Source of the DNA: Camelus dromedarius
Taxonomy: Eukaryota
DNA length: 64,000 bases
Reading direction: 5' to 3'
Assembly: GCF_036321535.1 (NCBI RefSeq)
Contig: NC_087437.1
Span: 1,984,001-2,048,000 of the forward strand
The notes beneath the pieces are model-generated. The model worked only from the letters and a program-made list of their open reading frames with translations. It did not search any database and was not told the DNA's origin. The position numbers and the translations under genes are program-made. Every line of letters starts with the position of its first letter. The first letter of the stretch is position 1. This document shows positions 24,301 through 38,023 of the stretch, piece by piece.

Positions 24301-26889
24301 CTCGGCGTGCAATGATGGCACCCTCTGCTGCTTCAGGGTGACAATTGGCATCCCTCCAGCTGGGCCTAATTAAAGGGAGGCTTCCTCCATTAGACAGACA
24401 GAGAGACATATAAAGAGACAGACAGACACACTAGCCTCTTCATCCATTGAGAAACAGCCGTATATCCTAACCTCCTCCTCCTCATTCATTATATAGGTAG
24501 GCAGATACATATATAGACAGACACACACACACACATACACACACTAGCCTCTTCCTACTCCTCAATTATGTAGGTAGAGAGACACACTAATCTCCTCCTC
24601 CATTAGATAATACATAGACAAACTTAATACATTTTTCTCCTCCTCCATTAGATAGATGGAAAGTGAGATTGACCGATACACCCAGTAGCCGCTACCTTCT
24701 CCTGTTAGAGATACCGAGAGATAGCCAGACACATGGGATTATTTCTTCTTCTCCATTTGATATAGATAGAGACACACTCACAGACACACAGACAGACAGA
24801 CACACTACTCTTCTCCTGCTCTGACAGACAGAGAGATAGACACTCTAGCCTCCTCCTTCTTCTCGAATACATACAGCTGCATAGATAGATATCTCCTATA
24901 TAGACAGACAGACTTACTAGCTTACTCCTCGTCCATTCGATGCACACATAGACTGTTAGACAGACACAGTAGCCTCTTCCCCTCTTTGTTACACATACTT
25001 TGATAAAGAGACCCGCACGCACACACACACACACATACACACAGGCTAGCATCCTCCTCTTCCTCAAGTAGGTAGATAGGGAGATAGAAACACTAAATTC
25101 CTGCTCCGACAGACACACAAATAAAAAGACACACTTGCCTACTGCTGTGCCTGAACTACATAGGTCGATTTTTACACAGATTGATAGATACACAGATAGA
25201 TAGAGAGATAGATAGGTAGAGAGGCAGGCAAATGGAGAGACATAATTTTCGCCTCCTCCTCCAGTAGATATATAGACAGACACACACATAGTCTAGCCTC
25301 TCGCATCCTCCAATAGATAGACAATCAGCCAGGCAGTCAGACAGACTGACACACGTGAGGCGCTGTGCAGTTTGGGGTTGGGTTTCAGCGGCGTCCACCG
25401 GGGACAGTTGTGCCCCTGGCGAGTCATAGGATTTTATCCCATGTCCCTAGCTGCCTTGCCTGCGGGCGGCCCCCGCTCCCCCAAATTCGACGAACTGAAG
25501 CTTTCAAGTTAGCCTGCTCGTGGCAGCAGGCGTTGTAAGGAAAGTGGAAGAGGTCAGCGGCAGCTCCGGAAGCGGCAGAGCATCTAAGGGGGATGCCTTG
25601 GCGAATCGGTCATTTTCCTCCCATTTCCCCCTCTCCTGGCCTCGGGGCAGCCTCTGCTACCGCAGGAGTGCGGGATTTCGTTGTCCTTCTCAGCCAGGTC
25701 CTAGGAAGCTGTCGAGGTGTGCTCAGGGAACAGGGATTTTACTTCTAGAGGACTGCCTCGGGTGAGCCGATCAGTTTGCTCCCATCTCCAAAAGCGCCTG
25801 GCCTGGGGGCGGCCTCTCCTTCCCCAGGTTCCCAGTATGCATGTTTCCAGCTCAGCCTGTGCCCTTAGGCAGGCGCGGTGTTCTTAGGGGCTGCATTGAG
25901 GAGGCGGGGCTGCTCCACCGAGCCCGTGTATTTGCACAGATCTCCCCGTTGACCGGTCCTAGGGTTGGTCTCTGCTACCCTAGTTACACGATGTACACAT
26001 CTCGGTGTTTTCCGGCTCCCGGGAGGCAAGTGCGGGGTGGTCAGGGGGCGGGGTGGGGGGTTGGAGTGGCGGTGGCGCCTACACAGAGGGAAGAAGAGGG
26101 ATGCACGGGCTGTCCAGGGAAGCCTGTGGATTTCCATCCAGTGTCCCCCTCGGCGTGCAATAAGGGCGCCCTCTGCTGCTTCAGGGTGGGATTTGGCAAC
26201 CCTCCAGCTGGGCCTAATAAAGGGAGGCTTCCTCCATTAGAGAGAGAGACATAAAATAGACAGACAGACACACTAGCCTCTTCCTCCATTTAGAAACACC
26301 CATATGTCTTAACCTTCTCCTCCTAATCCATTATATAGGTAGACAGATACATACATAGACAGACAGACAGACAGACACACACACACACACAAACCCAAAC
26401 CCACACACAACCTTCCCTCCTACCAGTCCTCAATTAAGTAGGTAGAGAGACACACTAATCGCCTTCTCCATTAGATAATAAACAGACAAACGGTATAGAC
26501 TATTTCTACTCCTCATTTAGATAGATGGAATGTGAGACTGACGCATTCACACACTAGCCTCTACCTTCTCCTGTTAGAGAGACAGACAGATAGCCAGACT
26601 CATGAAATCCTCCATCTTCTCCATTAGATATACATAGAGAAATCTCTAAGATGCACAGTGAGACAAACACTAGTCTTCTCCTCCTCTGACAGGCCGAGGG
26701 ATAGATAATCAAGCCTCCTCATTCTTTTCCATTAGGTATAGTTACATACATACATATCTGATAATAGACAGCCAGACAGACATACTAGCCTACTCTTCCT
26801 CCATCAGATACATACATAGACTGATAGACAGATACAGTAGGCTCCTCCCCCTTTAGATACAGATACATAGATAGACATCCCCACGAGCC

Positions 26890-26928
<39 letters not shown>

Positions 26929-29900
26929 GCCTTCTCCTCTTCCTCAAAGAGCTAGATAGTTATATAGACACACTAAAATTCTACTCCAACAGACAGAATT
27001 TTAAATGACACACTATCTTACTGCTATGCCTCCCCACATAGATAGATAGCTAGCCAGATCGATAGAGAGGCAGGCAAATAGAGAGTCATACTAGTCGCCT
27101 CCTCCTCCGTTGGAGAGACGGACAGACACACACATAGTCTAGCTTCAACCATCCTCCAATAGATAGTCATTCAGGCAAGCAGTCAAACAGACAGACACAC
27201 CAGAGGCGGGGTGCCGTCTGCCTACCTGGTTCGGCGGCGGGGCCCGGGGAAGAGGGTGCCCCTGGTGAACCAGAGGATTTTCTCCCATGTCCCTAGCTGC
27301 CTTGCCTCTGGGCGGCCTCCGCTAACCCAAGTTCGCCGGACGCAAGCCTTTGAAGTCAGCCTGCTCCTGGGAGCCGGCGAGGTAAGGACAGGGGAAGTGG
27401 TCAGCGGCAGACACGGAGGCGGCCCAGAACGCAAGAGGGATGCCTCGGCGAGTCGGTCATTTTCCTACCATCCCCCCTCTCCTGGCCTCGGGGCGGCCTC
27501 TGCTACCGCAGGTGTGCGGCAATTAATTCTCCTTGTCAGCCAGGTCCTGGGAGTCTGTCCAGGTGAGCCCAAGGGACACGGACGTCGCGGGGAGCGGACT
27601 GCCTCGGGTTAGCCGATCAGTTTGCTCCCATCCCCACAAGCGCCTGGCCTGGGGGCGGCCTGTCCTGCGCCAGGTTCAGAGTATGCACGTTTCCAGCTCA
27701 GCCAGCCCACCCGAGGCCGGCGCGCTGTGATCAGGGTCTGCAATGAGAAGTCGGGGCTGACTCACCGAGCCCGTGTATTTGTTCAGATCTCCCTCTTGGC
27801 TGGTCCTGGGCTAGGCCTCTACTACCCTAGGTCCACGAGGTGCTCATCTCTGTGTTTTTCAGCTCCGGGGAAGCCAGTGCGGGGTGGTCAGGGGGCGGGG
27901 AGGGGGCGGGGCGGGGGCGGGGCGGGGGCAGCTACAGAGAGGGCTGAAGCGGGATGCACGGGCTGCCCAGGCAAGCCTGCGGAATTCCATCCAGTGTCCC
28001 CCTCGGCCTGCAATGCGGGCGCCCTCTGCTGCTTCAGGGTGGCAATTGGCATCCCTCCAGGTGGGTCGAGTACTGGGAGGCTTCCTCCTTTAGACAGACA
28101 GAGAGACAAATAAAGAGACAGACAGACACACTAGCCTCTTCATCCATTGAGAAACAGCCGTATATCCTAACCTCCTCCTCCTCATTCATTATATAGGTAG
28201 ACAGATACATATATAGACAGACACACACACACACATACACACACTAGCCTCTTCCTACTCCTCAATTAAGTAGGTAGAGAGACACACTAATCTCCTCCTC
28301 CTTTAGATAATACATAGACAAACTTAATACATTTTTCTCCTCCTCCATTAGATAGATGGAAAGTGAGATTGACCGATACACCCAGTAGCCGCTACCTTCT
28401 CCTGTTAGAGATACCGAGAGATAGCCAGACACATGGGATTATTTCTTCTTCTCCATTTGATATAGATAGAGACACACTCACAGACACACAGACAGACAGA
28501 CACACTACTCTTCTCCTGCTCTGACAGACAGAGAGATAGACACTCTAGCCTCCTCCTTCTTCTCGAATACATACAGCTGCATAGATAGATATCTCCTATA
28601 TAGACATACAGACTTACTAGCTTACTCCTCGTCCATTCGATGCACACATAGACTGTTAGACAGACACAGTAGCCTCTTCCCCTCTTTGTTACACATACTT
28701 TGATAAAGAGACCCGCACGCACACACACACACACACACACATACACACAGGCTAGCATCCTCCTCTTCCTCAAATAGGTAGATAGGGAGATAGAAACACT
28801 AAATTCCTCCTCCAACAGACAAACAAATAAAAAGAAACACTTGCCTACTGCTGTGCCTGCACCTCATAGGTCGATTTTTACACAGATTGATAGATACACA
28901 GATAGATAGAGAGATAGATAGATAGAGAGGCAGGCAAATGGAGAGACATAATATTCGCCTCCTCATCCAGTAGCTATATAGACAGACACACACATAGTCT
29001 AGCCTCTCGCATCCTCCAATAGATAGACAATCAGCCAGGCAGTCACACATTCTGACACACGTGAGGCGGTGTGCAGTCTGGGGTTGGGCTTCAGCGGCGC
29101 CGACCGGGGACAGGTGTGCCACTGGCGAGCCATAGGACTTTATCCCATGTCCCTAGCTGCCTTGCCTGGGGGCGGCCCCCGCTCCCCCAAATTCGACGGA
29201 CTGAAGCTTTCAAGTTAGCCTGCTCGTGGCAGCAGGCGTTGTAAGGAAAGTGGAAGAGGTGAGCGGCAGCTCCGGAAGCGGCAGAGCATCTAAGGGGGAT
29301 GCCTCGGCGAATCGGTCATTTTCCTCCCATTTCCCCCTCTCCTGGCCTCGGGGCAGCCTCTGCTACCCCAGGAGTGCGGGATTTCGTTGTCCTTGTCAGC
29401 CAGGTCCTAGGAAGCTGTCGAGGTGTGCTCAGGGGACAGGGATGTCGCTTCTAGAGGACTGCCTCGGGTGAGCCGATCAGTTTGCTCCCATCTCCACAAG
29501 CGCCTGGCCTGGGGGCGGCCTCTCCTTCCCCAGGTTCGCAGTATGCATGTTTCCAGCTCAGCCTGTGCCCTTAGGCAGGCGCGGTGTTCTTAGGGGCTGC
29601 ATTGAGGAGGCGGGGCTGCTCCACCGAGCCCGTGTATTTGCACAGATCTCCCCGTTGACCGGTCCTAGGGTTGGTCTCTGCTACCCTAGGTACACGATGT
29701 ACACATCTCGTTGTTTTCCGGCCCCCGGGAGGCAAGTGCGGGGTGGTCAGGGGGCGGGGGGGGGGTGGCGTTGGCGCCTACACAGAGGGAGGAAGAGGGA
29801 TGCACGGGCTATCCAGGGAAGCCTGTGGATTTCCATCCAGTGTCCCCCTCGGCGTGCAATGATGGCACCCTCTGCTGCTTCAGGGTGACAATTGGCATCC

Positions 29901-32435
29901 CTCCAGCTGGGCCTAATAAAGGGAGGCTTCCTCCATTAGACAGACAGAGAGACATATAAAGAGACAGACAGACACACTAGCCTCTTCATCCATTGAGAAA
30001 CAGCCGTATATCCTAACCTCCTCCTCCTCATTCATTATATAGGTAGGCAGATACATATATAGACAGACACACACACACACATACACACACTAGCCTCTTC
30101 CTACTCCTCAATTATGTAGGTAGAGAGACACACTAATCTCCTCCTCCATTAGATAATACATAGACAAACTTAATACATTTTTCTCCTCCTCCATTAGATA
30201 GATGGAAAGTGAGATTGACCGATACACCCAGTAGCCGCTACCTTCTCCTGTTAGAGATACCGAGAGATAGCCAGACACATGGGATTATTTCTTCTTCTCC
30301 ATTTGATATAGATAGAGACACACTCACAGACACACAGACAGACAGACACACTACTCTTCTCCTGCTCTGACAGACAGAGAGATAGACACTCTAGCCTCCT
30401 CCTTCTTCTCGAATACATACAGCTGCATAGATAGATATCTCCTATATAGACAGACAGACTTACTAGCTTACTCCTCGTCCATTCGATGCACACATAGACT
30501 GTTAGACAGACACAGTAGCCTCTTCCCCTCTTTGTTACACATACTTTGATAAAGAGACCCGCACGCACACACACACACACATACACACAGGCTAGCATCC
30601 TCCTCTTCCTCAAGTAGGTAGATAGGGAGATAGAAACACTAAATTCCTGCTCCGACAGACACACAAATAAAAAGACACACTTGCCTACTGCTGTGCCTGA
30701 ACTACATAGGTCGATTTTTACACAGATTGATAGATACACAGATAGATAGAGAGATAGATAGGTAGAGAGGCAGGCAAATGGAGAGACATAATTTTCGCCT
30801 CCTCCTCCAGTAGATATATAGACAGACACACACATAGTCTAGCCTCTCGCATCCTCCAATAGATAGACAATCAGCCAGGCAGTCAGACAGACTGACACAC
30901 GTGAGGCGCTGTGCAGTTTGGGGTTGGGTTTCAGCGGCGTCCACCGGGGACAGTTGTGCCCCTGGCGAGTCATAGGATTTTATCCCATGTCCCTAGCTGC
31001 CTTGCCTGCGGGCGGCCCCCGCTCCCCCAAATTCGACGAACTGAAGCTTTCAAGTTAGCCTGCTCGTGGCAGCAGGCGTTGTAAGGAAAGTGGAAGAGGT
31101 CAGCGGCAGCTCCGGAAGCGGCAGAGCATCTAAGGGGGATGCCTTGGCGAATCGGTCATTTTCCTCCCATTTCCCCCTCTCCTGGCCTCGGGGCAGCCTC
31201 TGCTACCGCAGGAGTGCGGGATTTCGTTGTCCTTCTCAGCCAGGTCCTAGGAAGCTGTCGAGGTGTGCTCAGGGAACAGGGATTTTACTTCTAGAGGACT
31301 GCCTCGGGTGAGCCGATCAGTTTGCTCCCATCTCCAAAAGCGCCTGGCCTGGGGGCGGCCTCTCCTTCCCCAGGTTCCCAGTATGCATGTTTCCAGCTCA
31401 GCCTGTGCCCTTAGGCAGGCGCGGTGTTCTTAGGGGCTGCATTGAGGAGGCGGGGCTGCTCCACCGAGCCCGTGTATTTGCACAGATCTCCCCGTTGACC
31501 GGTCCTAGGGTTGGTCTCTGCTACCCTAGTTACACGATGTACACATCTCGGTGTTTTCCGGCTCCCGGGAGGCAAGTGCGGGGTGGTCAGGGGGCGGGGT
31601 GGGGGGTTGGAGTGGCGGTGGCGCCTACACAGAGGGAAGAAGAGGGATGCACGGGCTGTCCAGGGAAGCCTGTGGATTTCCATCCAGTGTCCCCCTCGGC
31701 GTGCAATAAGGGCGCCCTCTGCTGCTTCAGGGTGGGATTTGGCAACCCTCCAGCTGGGCCTAATAAAGGGAGGCTTCCTCCATTAGAGAGAGAGACATAA
31801 AATAGACAGACAGACACACTAGCCTCTTCCTCCATTTAGAAACACCCATATGTCTTAACCTTCTCCTCCTAATCCATTATATAGGTAGACAGATACATAC
31901 ATAGACAGACAGACAGACAGACACACACACACACACAAACCCAAACCCACACACAACCTTCCCTCCTACCAGTCCTCAATTAAGTAGGTAGAGAGACACA
32001 CTAATCGCCTTCTCCATTAGATAATAAACAGACAAACGGTATAGACTATTTCTACTCCTCATTTAGATAGATGGAATGTGAGACTGACGCATTCACACAC
32101 TAGCCTCTACCTTCTCCTGTTAGAGAGACAGACAGATAGCCAGACTCATGAAATCCTCCATCTTCTCCATTAGATATACATAGAGAAATCTCTAAGATGC
32201 ACAGTGAGACAAACACTAGTCTTCTCCTCCTCTGACAGGCCGAGGGATAGATAATCAAGCCTCCTCATTCTTTTCCATTAGGTATAGTTACATACATACA
32301 TATCTGATAATAGACAGCCAGACAGACATACTAGCCTACTCTTCCTCCATCAGATACATACATAGACTGATAGACAGATACAGTAGGCTCCTCCCCCTTT
32401 AGATACAGATACATAGATAGACATCCCCACGAGCC

Positions 32436-32476
<41 letters not shown>

Positions 32477-35400
32477 GCCTTCTCCTCTTCCTCAAAGAGC
32501 TAGATAGTTATATAGACACACTAAAATTCTACTCCAACAGACAGAATTTTAAATGACACACTATCTTACTGCTATGCCTCCCCACATAGATAGATAGCTA
32601 GCCAGATCGATAGAGAGGCAGGCAAATAGAGAGTCATACTAGTCGCCTCCTCCTCCGTTGGAGAGACAGACAGACACACACATAGTCTAGCTTCAACCAT
32701 CCTCCAATAGATAGTCATTCAGGCAAGCAGTCAAACAGACAGACACACCAGAGGCGGGGTGCCGTCTGCCTACCTGGTTCGGCGGCGGGGCCCGGGGAAG
32801 AGGGTGCCCCTGGTGAACCAGAGGATTTTCTCCCATGTCCCTAGCTGCCTTGCCTCTGGGCGGCCTCCGCTAACCCAAGTTCGCCGGACGCAAGCCTTTG
32901 AAGTCAGCCTGCTCCTGGGAGCCGGCGAGGTAAGGACAGGGGAAGTGGTCAGCGGCAGACACGGAGGCGGCCCAGAACGCAAGAGGGATGCCTCGGCGAG
33001 TCGGTCATTTTCCTACCATCCCCCCTCTCCTGGCCTCGGGGCGGCCTCTGCTACCGCAGGTGTGCGGCAATTAATTCTCCTTGTCAGCCAGGTCCTGGGA
33101 GTCTGTCCAGGTGAGCCCAAGGGACACGGACGTCGCGGGGAGCGGACTGCCTCGGGTTAGCCGATCAGTTTGCTCCCATCCCCACAAGCGCCTGGCCTGG
33201 GGGCGGCCTGTCCTGCGCCAGGTTCAGAGTATGCACGTTTCCAGCTCAGCCAGCCCACCCGAGGCCGGCGCGCTGTGATCAGGGTCTGCAATGAGAAGTC
33301 GGGGCTGACTCACCGAGCCCGTGTATTTGTTCAGATCTCCCTCTTGGCTGGTCCTGGGCTAGGCCTCTACTACCCTAGGTCCACGAGGTGCTCATCTCTG
33401 TGTTTTTCAGCTCCGGGGAAGCCAGTGCGGGGTGGTCAGGGGGCGGGGAGGGGGCGGGGCGGGGGCGGGGCGGGGGCAGCTACAGAGAGGGCTGAAGCGG
33501 GATGCACGGGCTGCCCAGGCAAGCCTGCGGATTTCCATCCAGTGTCCCCCTCGGCCTGCAATGCGGGCGCCCTCTGCTGCTTCAGGGTGGCAATTGGCAT
33601 CCCTCCAGGTGGGTCGAGTACTGGGAGGCTTCCTCCTTTAGACAGACAGAGAGACAAATAAAGAGACAGACAGACACACTAGCCTCTTCATCCATTGAGA
33701 AACAGCCGTATATCCTAACCTCCTCCTCCTCATTCATTATATAGGTAGACAGATACATATATAGACAGACACACACACACACATACACACACTAGCCTCT
33801 TCCTACTCCTCAATTAAGTAGGTAGAGAGACACACTAATCTCCTCCTCCTTTAGATAATACATAGACAAACTTAATACATTTTTCTCCTCCTCCATTAGA
33901 TAGATGGAAAGTGAGATTGACCGATACACCCAGTAGCCGCTACCTTCTCCTGTTAGAGATACCGAGAGATAGCCAGACACATGGGATTATTTCTTCTTCT
34001 CCATTTGATATAGATAGAGACACACTCACAGACACACAGACAGACAGACACACTACTCTTCTCCTGCTCTGACAGACAGAGAGATAGACACTCTAGCCTC
34101 CTCCTTCTTCTCGAATACATACAGCTGCATAGATAGATATCTCCTATATAGACATACAGACTTACTAGCTTACTCCTCGTCCATTCGATGCACACATAGA
34201 CTGTTAGACAGACACAGTAGCCTCTTCCCCTCTTTGTTACACATACTTTGATAAAGAGACCCGCACGCACACACACACACACACACACATACACACAGGC
34301 TAGCATCCTCCTCTTCCTCAAATAGGTAGATAGGGAGATAGAAACACTAAATTCCTCCTCCAACAGACAAACAAATAAAAAGAAACACTTGCCTACTGCT
34401 GTGCCTGCACCTCATAGGTCGATTTTTACACAGATTGATAGATACACAGATAGATAGAGAGATAGATAGATAGAGAGGCAGGCAAATGGAGAGACATAAT
34501 ATTCGCCTCCTCATCCAGTAGCTATATAGACAGACACACACATAGTCTAGCCTCTCGCATCCTCCAATAGATAGACAATCAGCCAGGCAGTCACACATTC
34601 TGACACACGTGAGGCGGTGTGCAGTCTGGGGTTGGGCTTCAGCGGCGCCGACCGGGGACAGGTGTGCCACTGGCGAGCCATAGGACTTTATCCCATGTCC
34701 CTAGCTGCCTTGCCTGGGGGCGGCCCCCGCTCCCCCAAATTCGACGGACTGAAGCTTTCAAGTTAGCCTGCTCGTGGCAGCAGGCGTTGTAAGGAAAGTG
34801 GAAGAGGTGAGCGGCAGCTCCGGAAGCGGCAGAGCATCTAAGGGGGATGCCTCGGCGAATCGGTCATTTTCCTCCCATTTCCCCCTCTCCTGGCCTCGGG
34901 GCAGCCTCTGCTACCCCAGGAGTGCGGGATTTCGTTGTCCTTGTCAGCCAGGTCCTAGGAAGCTGTCGAGGTGTGCTCAGGGGACAGGGATGTCGCTTCT
35001 AGAGGACTGCCTCGGGTGAGCCGATCAGTTTGCTCCCATCTCCACAAGCGCCTGGCCTGGGGGCGGCCTCTCCTTCCCCAGGTTCGCAGTATGCATGTTT
35101 CCAGCTCAGCCTGTGCCCTTAGGCAGGCGCGGTGTTCTTAGGGGCTGCATTGAGGAGGCGGGGCTGCTCCACCGAGCCCGTGTATTTGCACAGATCTCCC
35201 CGTTGACCGGTCCTAGGGTTGGTCTCTGCTACCCTAGGTACACGATGTACACATCTCGTTGTTTTCCGGCCCCCGGGAGGCAAGTGCGGGGTGGTCAGGG
35301 GGCGGGGGGGGGTGGCGTTGGCGCCTACACAGAGGGAGGAAGAGGGATGCACGGGCTATCCAGGGAAGCCTGTGGATTTCCATCCAGTGTCCCCCTCGGC

Positions 35401-37982
35401 GTGCAATGATGGCACCCTCTGCTGCTTCAGGGTGACAATTGGCATCCCTCCAGCTGGGCCTAATAAAGGGAGGCTTCCTCCATTAGACAGACAGAGAGAC
35501 ATATAAAGAGACAGACAGACACACTAGCCTCTTCATCCATTGAGAAACAGCCGTATATCCTAACCTCCTCCTCCTCATTCATTATATAGGTAGGCAGATA
35601 CATATATAGACAGACACACACACACACATACACACACTAGCCTCTTCCTACTCCTCAATTATGTAGGTAGAGAGACACACTAATCTCCTCCTCCATTAGA
35701 TAATACATAGACAAACTTAATACATTTTTCTCCTCCTCCATTAGATAGATGGAAAGTGAGATTGACCGATACACCCAGTAGCCGCTACCTTCTCCTGTTA
35801 GAGATACCGAGAGATAGCCAGACACATGGGATTATTTCTTCTTCTCCATTTGATATAGATAGAGACACACTCACAGACACACAGACAGACAGACACACTA
35901 CTCTTCTCCTGCTCTGACAGACAGAGAGATAGACACTCTAGCCTCCTCCTTCTTCTCGAATACATACAGCTGCATAGATAGATATCTCCTATATAGACAG
36001 ACAGACTTACTAGCTTACTCCTCGTCCATTCGATGCACACATAGACTGTTAGACAGACACAGTAGCCTCTTCCCCTCTTTGTTACACATACTTTGATAAA
36101 GAGACCCGCACGCACACACACACACACATACACACAGGCTAGCATCCTCCTCTTCCTCAAGTAGGTAGATAGGGAGATAGAAACACTAAATTCCTGCTCC
36201 GACAGACACACAAATAAAAAGACACACTTGCCTACTGCTGTGCCTGAACTACATAGGTCGATTTTTACACAGATTGATAGATACACAGATAGATAGAGAG
36301 ATAGATAGGTAGAGAGGCAGGCAAATGGAGAGACATAATTTTCGCCTCCTCCTCCAGTAGATATATAGACAGACACACACATAGTCTAGCCTCTCGCATC
36401 CTCCAATAGATAGACAATCAGCCAGGCAGTCAGACAGACTGACACACGTGAGGCGCTGTGCAGTTTGGGGTTGGGTTTCAGCGGCGTCCACCGGGGACAG
36501 TTGTGCCCCTGGCGAGTCATAGGATTTTATCCCATGTCCCTAGCTGCCTTGCCTGCGGGCGGCCCCCGCTCCCCCAAATTCGACGAACTGAAGCTTTCAA
36601 GTTAGCCTGCTCGTGGCAGCAGGCGTTGTAAGGAAAGTGGAAGAGGTCAGCGGCAGCTCCGGAAGCGGCAGAGCATCTAAGGGGGATGCCTTGGCGAATC
36701 GGTCATTTTCCTCCCATTTCCCCCTCTCCTGGCCTCGGGGCAGCCTCTGCTACCGCAGGAGTGCGGGATTTCGTTGTCCTTCTCAGCCAGGTCCTAGGAA
36801 GCTGTCGAGGTGTGCTCAGGGAACAGGGATTTTACTTCTAGAGGACTGCCTCGGGTGAGCCGATCAGTTTGCTCCCATCTCCAAAAGCGCCTGGCCTGGG
36901 GGCGGCCTCTCCTTCCCCAGGTTCCCAGTATGCATGTTTCCAGCTCAGCCTGTGCCCTTAGGCAGGCGCGGTGTTCTTAGGGGCTGCATTGAGGAGGCGG
37001 GGCTGCTCCACCGAGCCCGTGTATTTGCACAGATCTCCCCGTTGACCGGTCCTAGGGTTGGTCTCTGCTACCCTAGTTACACGATGTACACATCTCGGTG
37101 TTTTCCGGCTCCCGGGAGGCAAGTGCGGGGTGGTCAGGGGGCGGGGTGGGGGGTTGGAGTGGCGGTGGCGCCTACACAGAGGGAAGAAGAGGGATGCACG
37201 GGCTGTCCAGGGAAGCCTGTGGATTTCCATCCAGTGTCCCCCTCGGCGTGCAATAAGGGCGCCCTCTGCTGCTTCAGGGTGGGATTTGGCAACCCTCCAG
37301 CTGGGCCTAATAAAGGGAGGCTTCCTCCATTAGAGAGAGAGACATAAAATAGACAGACAGACACACTAGCCTCTTCCTCCATTTAGAAACACCCATATGT
37401 CTTAACCTTCTCCTCCTAATCCATTATATAGGTAGACAGATACATACATAGACAGACAGACAGACAGACACACACACACACACAAACCCAAACCCACACA
37501 CAACCTTCCCTCCTACCAGTCCTCAATTAAGTAGGTAGAGAGACACACTAATCGCCTTCTCCATTAGATAATAAACAGACAAACGGTATAGACTATTTCT
37601 ACTCCTCATTTAGATAGATGGAATGTGAGACTGACGCATTCACACACTAGCCTCTACCTTCTCCTGTTAGAGAGACAGACAGATAGCCAGACTCATGAAA
37701 TCCTCCATCTTCTCCATTAGATATACATAGAGAAATCTCTAAGATGCACAGTGAGACAAACACTAGTCTTCTCCTCCTCTGACAGGCCGAGGGATAGATA
37801 ATCAAGCCTCCTCATTCTTTTCCATTAGGTATAGTTACATACATACATATCTGATAATAGACAGCCAGACAGACATACTAGCCTACTCTTCCTCCATCAG
37901 ATACATACATAGACTGATAGACAGATACAGTAGGCTCCTCCCCCTTTAGATACAGATACATAGATAGACATCCCCACGAGCC

Positions 37983-38023
<41 letters not shown>

